A stretch of DNA of 64,000 nucleotides from Carcharhinus longimanus. Taxonomy: Eukaryota. Below are positions 60,501 to 64,000 of the stretch, one piece after another. A program made the translations under genes and the position numbers. How positions within the stretch are numbered: position 1 is the first letter of the stretch; each line of letters starts with the position of its first letter. The notes under the pieces are model-generated. The model ran no database searches. It saw only the letters and a program-made list of their open reading frames with translations, and had not been told where the DNA came from. Where the stretch lies: assembly GCA_030264375.1 (NCBI GenBank), contig JASCQW010000081.1, positions 34,531,262 to 34,595,261 on the forward strand, written 5' to 3'.

Positions 60501-63500
60501 TTCTGAGTATAATGGCACAGTGCAGATGCCAAAAGCCCTACTGCTTAGAGTCAGTCGTACCTGGCACAAAGAAAAGTGGTTGTGGTGGTTTGATGTCAAT
60601 TACCTCGGCTCCAGGACATTACTGCAGAATTTCTGTAGGCTGGTGTTCTAGGCCTAACTATCTTCAGATGCTCCTTCAATGACCTTCCATCATTAGGTCA
60701 GAAATGAAATGTTTGTGGATGACTGCGCAGTGTCCAGTATCATTCATGACTCCACAGATACCAAAACATTCCATGCCTGAATGCAGCAAGATGTGGACAA
60801 TATACAGGCTTGGGGTGACACTGGCAATTAGCATTTGCACCACCCAAGTGCTAGGAAATGACCATCTCCAGCAAGAGAGGATCTAATCATTGCCTTTCAC
60901 GTATAATAGCATTCCCATCACTGAATCCCCCACTATCAACATTCCGAGGATTATCACTGACCAGAAGCTGAACTGGACTAGTTGTGTAAATAGTGTGGCT
61001 ACAAGAGCAGGTCAGAGGCAAGGATTGAATCATTTGCCTTCTGACTCCCCAAACCCTGTCCACCATCTACAAGGCACAAGTCAGGAGTGTGATGGAATAC
61101 TCTCCAGTTGCCTGGATGAGTGACTCGACACTATCCAGGGTCAAGCAACTATCGACAAGTTGCACGACTTGCCCAAGGCTCCTTAGCGCTTTCCAAACCC
61201 ATGACTGCTACCATCTAGAAGAGCAGGGCAGCAGATAACTGGGAGGACCATCACTTCGGTTTTCCATCCAAGTCACTCACCACCCTGACTTGGAAATATA
61301 TTGCTGTTCCTTCACTGTTGCTGGGCCAAAATCCTGGAACTATCTCCCTAACAGCACAGTGAGAGTACCTTCCCTCAAACACTGCAGTGTTTCAAAAAGG
61401 CAGCTCACCACCACCTGCTCAAGGGTAACTAGGGATGGGCAATAAATGCTGGCCTAGCCAGCGATGCCTACATCCCATAAATTAACTTAAAAAGTATAAC
61501 TGGTTTTTAATGGCGTACCTGTACTAAGTTCATAGTTATCATGGAATAGCCTTCCTTGCCTGGAATAACTAATTATTTAATTTGTAATATGTCAAATGTT
61601 TTCAAGAACTTAAGTTTAATTTTTCAGCTTCTACCTTAATCTTTTCTGTATATTCCCATTTTTATTTCTCCGTAAAGTGATTAAACAGCAAAAGACAGTA
61701 AATGTTTTTCTACTACTTAATTTCTTGTTTGAAAATTTATCAGTGTGACTGGCCAGTTNNNNNNNNNNNNNNNNNNNNNNNNNNNNNNNNNNNNNNNNNN
61801 NNNNNNNNNNNNNNNNNNNNNNNNNNNNNNNNNNNNNNNNNNNNNNNNNNNNNNNNNNATTACTCTTTTAATTATATTATTGTTGCTGTAGATCTCCTTG
61901 TGTTGAGACAGGAATCAAAGTAATATTTTGGAGTAGAAAAATCCATGCCACAGGTCACTAGATGTTTGAGGGCAGCTGTATTCGAGGTCAGCAACAAGTG
62001 CTGTCAGTTCACCGTTTACCTCAGAATTAGGGTCAGTACAATTAAGTTTTCCATTTCTGCATTAAAATCAAGTTTTGCTTTTCGCAGGTGCATGTATATT
62101 TCTGGGGTGCCGGGGACGGGAAAAACTGCAACAGTGCACGAGGTGATGCGGTGTTTACAACATGCAGCAAAACAAGATGATCTCCCCTCGTTCCAATTCA
62201 TAGAAATCAATGGAATGAAGCTTACAGACCCTCATCAATGCTATGTACAAATATTGAAGGTACAAATTCAATTTTGGGGCCAAAATGTAATCAGTGCTTT
62301 GGTGTTTAACACACAAGTATTGAATTTGTTGAGCTCACTGGGGAGGGGTGCACTGTTGCNNNNNNNNNNGAATTTGTTGACTACTTGAAAAAAGGAATGT
62401 GTATTTGTATAGTATGTTTCTTGCCCTCAGTAGCCTAAACAATACTATTGTGATCTCAATTGGTGTTACAACTGGACATAAACGGAGAGGAAAGTGAGTC
62501 ACAGTACTGCCAATTAGTTTTTAACAAGAAAGAAGCATTATTAAACGTGAAAGATTTGATTATAATACACTATTCCTTCACTCCCCCTTACCTTGACAAA
62601 TTTTGAGGATAACACCCCATTATGAAACTAAGTGGCAGATGCCACCCAATTGATCTTCCATTGATTTCTCCTCAAATTCTTCCCAGATGATTGTCAGATG
62701 AGTGTTTCCAAATTCTACTCTTAAAACGACATGCTTTAAAACCATCTTTCGACCAATGCTTTCCATCAGCTGCTTTCATCAAGTATCCAACCCTAGATTT
62801 TCCAACTCTTGAGATTCCTTTGTTTTGAATGCTGTTGCACAAACTTTGAGCCACCAATTGCTCCACAGTTATTTCACCTATTGCTTTATAGTCTAGTAAG
62901 ATATCATGAACCTTAGAACCACTTCAGATATCTTTCTGGTTCTCACTTGTCAACTCCTTATCAGTTCTGTCTGAGGCTTCAATGAACAATATCTTATTCT
63001 AATTCCACTTTCCTCTGTTCCTTTATCCTAAGAGTTTCTGGAAACTTCTCAATTTCTCTAGTTTCCTTAACCAGTTGTTCTTTAAGTTTCTGATACTTGC
63101 CTCCTTTGCCTCTTACTCCATTGTATGGTTTTTCTTCTAGCAGTGCTGAGAGAGATGTTTCCCTCGCCCTGCAAAGCTCTCTCTACTCTGGCTTCCAATT
63201 AAAAACTATACTCAGAAAGCTCTTTTCCTAAAATTGGCCCGGGTTGCTGTGTGCTTGAGATCTTGTAATATGAATACAGGAATCTATTAACATTTCATCT
63301 AAAAGACAGCACCTTTGACACACTCAATACTGTAGATAAGTTTCAGCTGAAATTATTTGCTTAATTCCTGAATGGCACCCTCTGACTCAGTCAGCTGAGT
63401 TATTTTAATTGCAGTATGCAGCTTAACCACATTGAGCTGCTTGAGCTTTATATCTGCGCATACCATTCCTTCCGAATGTTGTTTATAGAGAATGTATGGG

Positions 63501-64000
63501 TATGCTACTCAATACATAATCTCCTGAAAGGTTTGATGAGCGCTTGGTTCTTTCCACTTGAGTCTGATGGTTAAATGCTTTGAATATACTAAAGACTACA
63601 GCAAATATTTGGGGCAGTGTTATGGTGTAGGCATGCCTGGCATAAAATTATTAATACAAAAGCACATTTGCGTGTTAAAAATTCCATGTTACAATGTAAG
63701 AGGATAGGAAAGTTTCCTGCTGCCTGGGACAACATTCTGCCTTCAATCATCATCAACAAACTCGATTATACCTAGTCATGTATCATATTGCAGAATCTTC
63801 CTGTAATCGGACAGGCAATAATTGTACTTCAAAAATGCAATCAGTTGTAACTGAGTTACTTTGTTCATTTCGGAAGGATAAAAGTAAAATTGTAAATTGA
63901 AGTTATTCTTTCCTTTGTATGTGGACGAATTACATTTTTTTTAAACTTTCTCACCTTCCTAGTTATTAACAGGGGAGAAAGCCACTGCAGACCATGCTGC
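42466..64000 (+). CDS. ORC1: Origin recognition complex subunit 1, 5' portion (BAH domain, disordered region, start of AAA+ domain); continues beyond the window
   Basis: Exons 42466-42569, 46326-46453, 46895-47073, 49186-49597, 50946-51291, 55767-55877, 56809-56998, 57631-57746, 59842-59943, 62088-62259 and 63963-> splice in frame. They include Walker A GVPGTGKT and [17 protein letters not shown]. Confidence 0.96.
42720..42935 (+). mobile_element. Rex1/Babar-like LINE 3' end
   Basis: [15 protein letters not shown]-like C-terminus followed by a 3' UTR ending in AAATCAAAT. Confidence 0.6.
43040..43400 (-). mobile_element. CR1 LINE remnant
   Basis: ORF 43073-43345: [12 protein letters not shown]...EERLGR...[10 protein letters not shown]. 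Confidence 0.8.
44085..44357 (+). mobile_element. tRNA-derived SINE (HE1-like)
   Basis: B box GGTTCGATTCT; tail CTGCACTGTAGGGATTCT. Confidence 0.83.
45333..45790 (-). mobile_element. SINE (second subfamily) interrupted by an oppositely oriented 5'-truncated HE1-like SINE (~45495-45676)
   Basis: Two SINE bodies in opposite orientation, with GTACC repeated at both junctions. Confidence 0.8.
46326..46453 (+). CDS. ORC1: ORC1 coding exon 2 (BAH)
   Basis: [42 protein letters not shown]. Confidence 0.94.
46895..47073 (+). CDS. ORC1: ORC1 coding exon 3 (BAH)
   Basis: [60 protein letters not shown]. Confidence 0.94.
48809..49068 (+). mobile_element. tRNA-derived SINE, second subfamily
   Basis: Homologous to the copy at 26372. 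Confidence 0.85.
49186..49597 (+). CDS. ORC1: ORC1 coding exon 4
   Basis: ttcag|GTG...TGT G|gtaagt; [11 protein letters not shown]...[11 protein letters not shown]...KVRRKLPLC. Confidence 0.9.
49845..50415 (+). mobile_element. CR1 LINE 3' fragment
   Basis: [21 protein letters not shown]...[10 protein letters not shown] with a CR1-type tail. Confidence 0.88.
50732..50874. mobile_element. Short palindromic MITE
   Basis: Terminal inverted repeats GGCTGGAATTTTAC / GTAAAATTCTGCCC with an internal 30-bp stem. Confidence 0.75.
50946..51291 (+). CDS. ORC1: ORC1 coding exon 5 (disordered region)
   Basis: tgcag|AT TTC...CAC AA|gtaagt; open frame with matching phases. Confidence 0.85.
51470..51950 (+). 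mobile_element. CR1 LINE RT fragment
   Basis: [18 protein letters not shown] motif. Confidence 0.8.
52563..52845 (+). mobile_element. tRNA-derived SINE, second subfamily, inserted in a CR1 remnant
   Basis: Homologous to the copy at 26372. Confidence 0.82.
53320..53630 (-). mobile_element. tRNA-derived SINE, third family
   Basis: Reverse complement of the copy at 59277. Confidence 0.8.
54290..55254 (-). mobile_element. Possible solo LTR
   Basis: Starts TGTTAC, has a minus-strand AATAAA at ~54485 and retains CpGs; the right boundary is uncertain. Confidence 0.3.
55767..55877 (+). CDS. ORC1: ORC1 coding exon 6
   Basis: ttttag|G TCA...TCT AG|gtaaga; [36 protein letters not shown]. Confidence 0.82.
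56809..56998 (+). CDS. ORC1: ORC1 coding exon 7 (acidic patch, TP motifs)
   Basis: atttag|A AAT...ACG|gtatgt; [16 protein letters not shown]...[17 protein letters not shown]. Confidence 0.85.
57631..57746 (+). CDS. ORC1: ORC1 coding exon 8
   Basis: [38 protein letters not shown]. Confidence 0.93.
59277..59629 (+). mobile_element. tRNA-derived SINE, third family, near full length
   Basis: Head GGGGAGGCGATGGCCAAGTGG, B box GATTCGAATCC, and tail AAGGGCAACTAGGGATGGGCAATAAATGCTGGC, which is shared with the LINE at 60535. Confidence 0.85.
59842..59943 (+). CDS. ORC1: ORC1 coding exon 9
   Basis: [33 protein letters not shown]. Confidence 0.95.
60535..61492 (+). mobile_element. CR1-group LINE 3' fragment
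   Basis: Decayed RT ([22 protein letters not shown]). The 3' tail GGGATGGGCAATAAATGCTGGCCTAGCCAGCGATGCCTACATCCC is present. Related fragments lie at ~1310-1550(-), ~35290-35930 and ~43430-43790. Confidence 0.82.
62088..62259 (+). CDS. ORC1: ORC1 coding exon 10 (Walker A)
   Basis: [57 protein letters not shown]. Confidence 0.96.
62464..63270 (-). mobile_element. Solo-LTR-like insertion inside a DeuSINE remnant
   Basis: Ends TGTTACA...TGTAATA (a decayed TG..CA inverted terminus); SINE sequence continues on both sides. Confidence 0.45.
63963..64000 (+). CDS. ORC1: ORC1 coding exon 11 (truncated by the window end)
   Basis: ttcctag|TTA TTA ACA GGG GAG AAA GCC ACT GCA GAC CAT GCT; [12 protein letters not shown]. 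Confidence 0.9.

Overview
This is eukaryotic vertebrate DNA. It is very likely an elasmobranch (shark/ray) draft assembly, judged from its tRNA-derived SINE families, CR1/L2/Penelope content and N gaps. It holds three spliced genes in the same order and orientation as in human: the 3' half of TUT4/ZCCHC11 (+, 1778-~18000), complete PRPF38A (-, 10 coding exons, 939 nt = 312 aa + stop, 41939->31351) and the 5' part of ORC1 (+, from ATG 42466, running off the window). PRPF38A and ORC1 lie head-to-head across a ~0.5-kb CpG-rich promoter with an E2F site and two GC-rich minisatellites. I placed exon boundaries by hand from GT-AG sites and checked reading-frame continuity. Introns and the intergenic gap are mostly decayed, often nested retroelements and MITEs. 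I found no new protein-coding system. The best leads are up to three alternative TUT4 C-termini, the repeat-expanded bidirectional promoter, a TSD-flanked fold-back Penelope-type element, decayed hammerhead cores, several near-perfect palindromes in ORC1 introns, and inverted SINEs flanking ORC1 exons 2-3. Repeat family names and comparisons with human proteins come from recall, not database searches.
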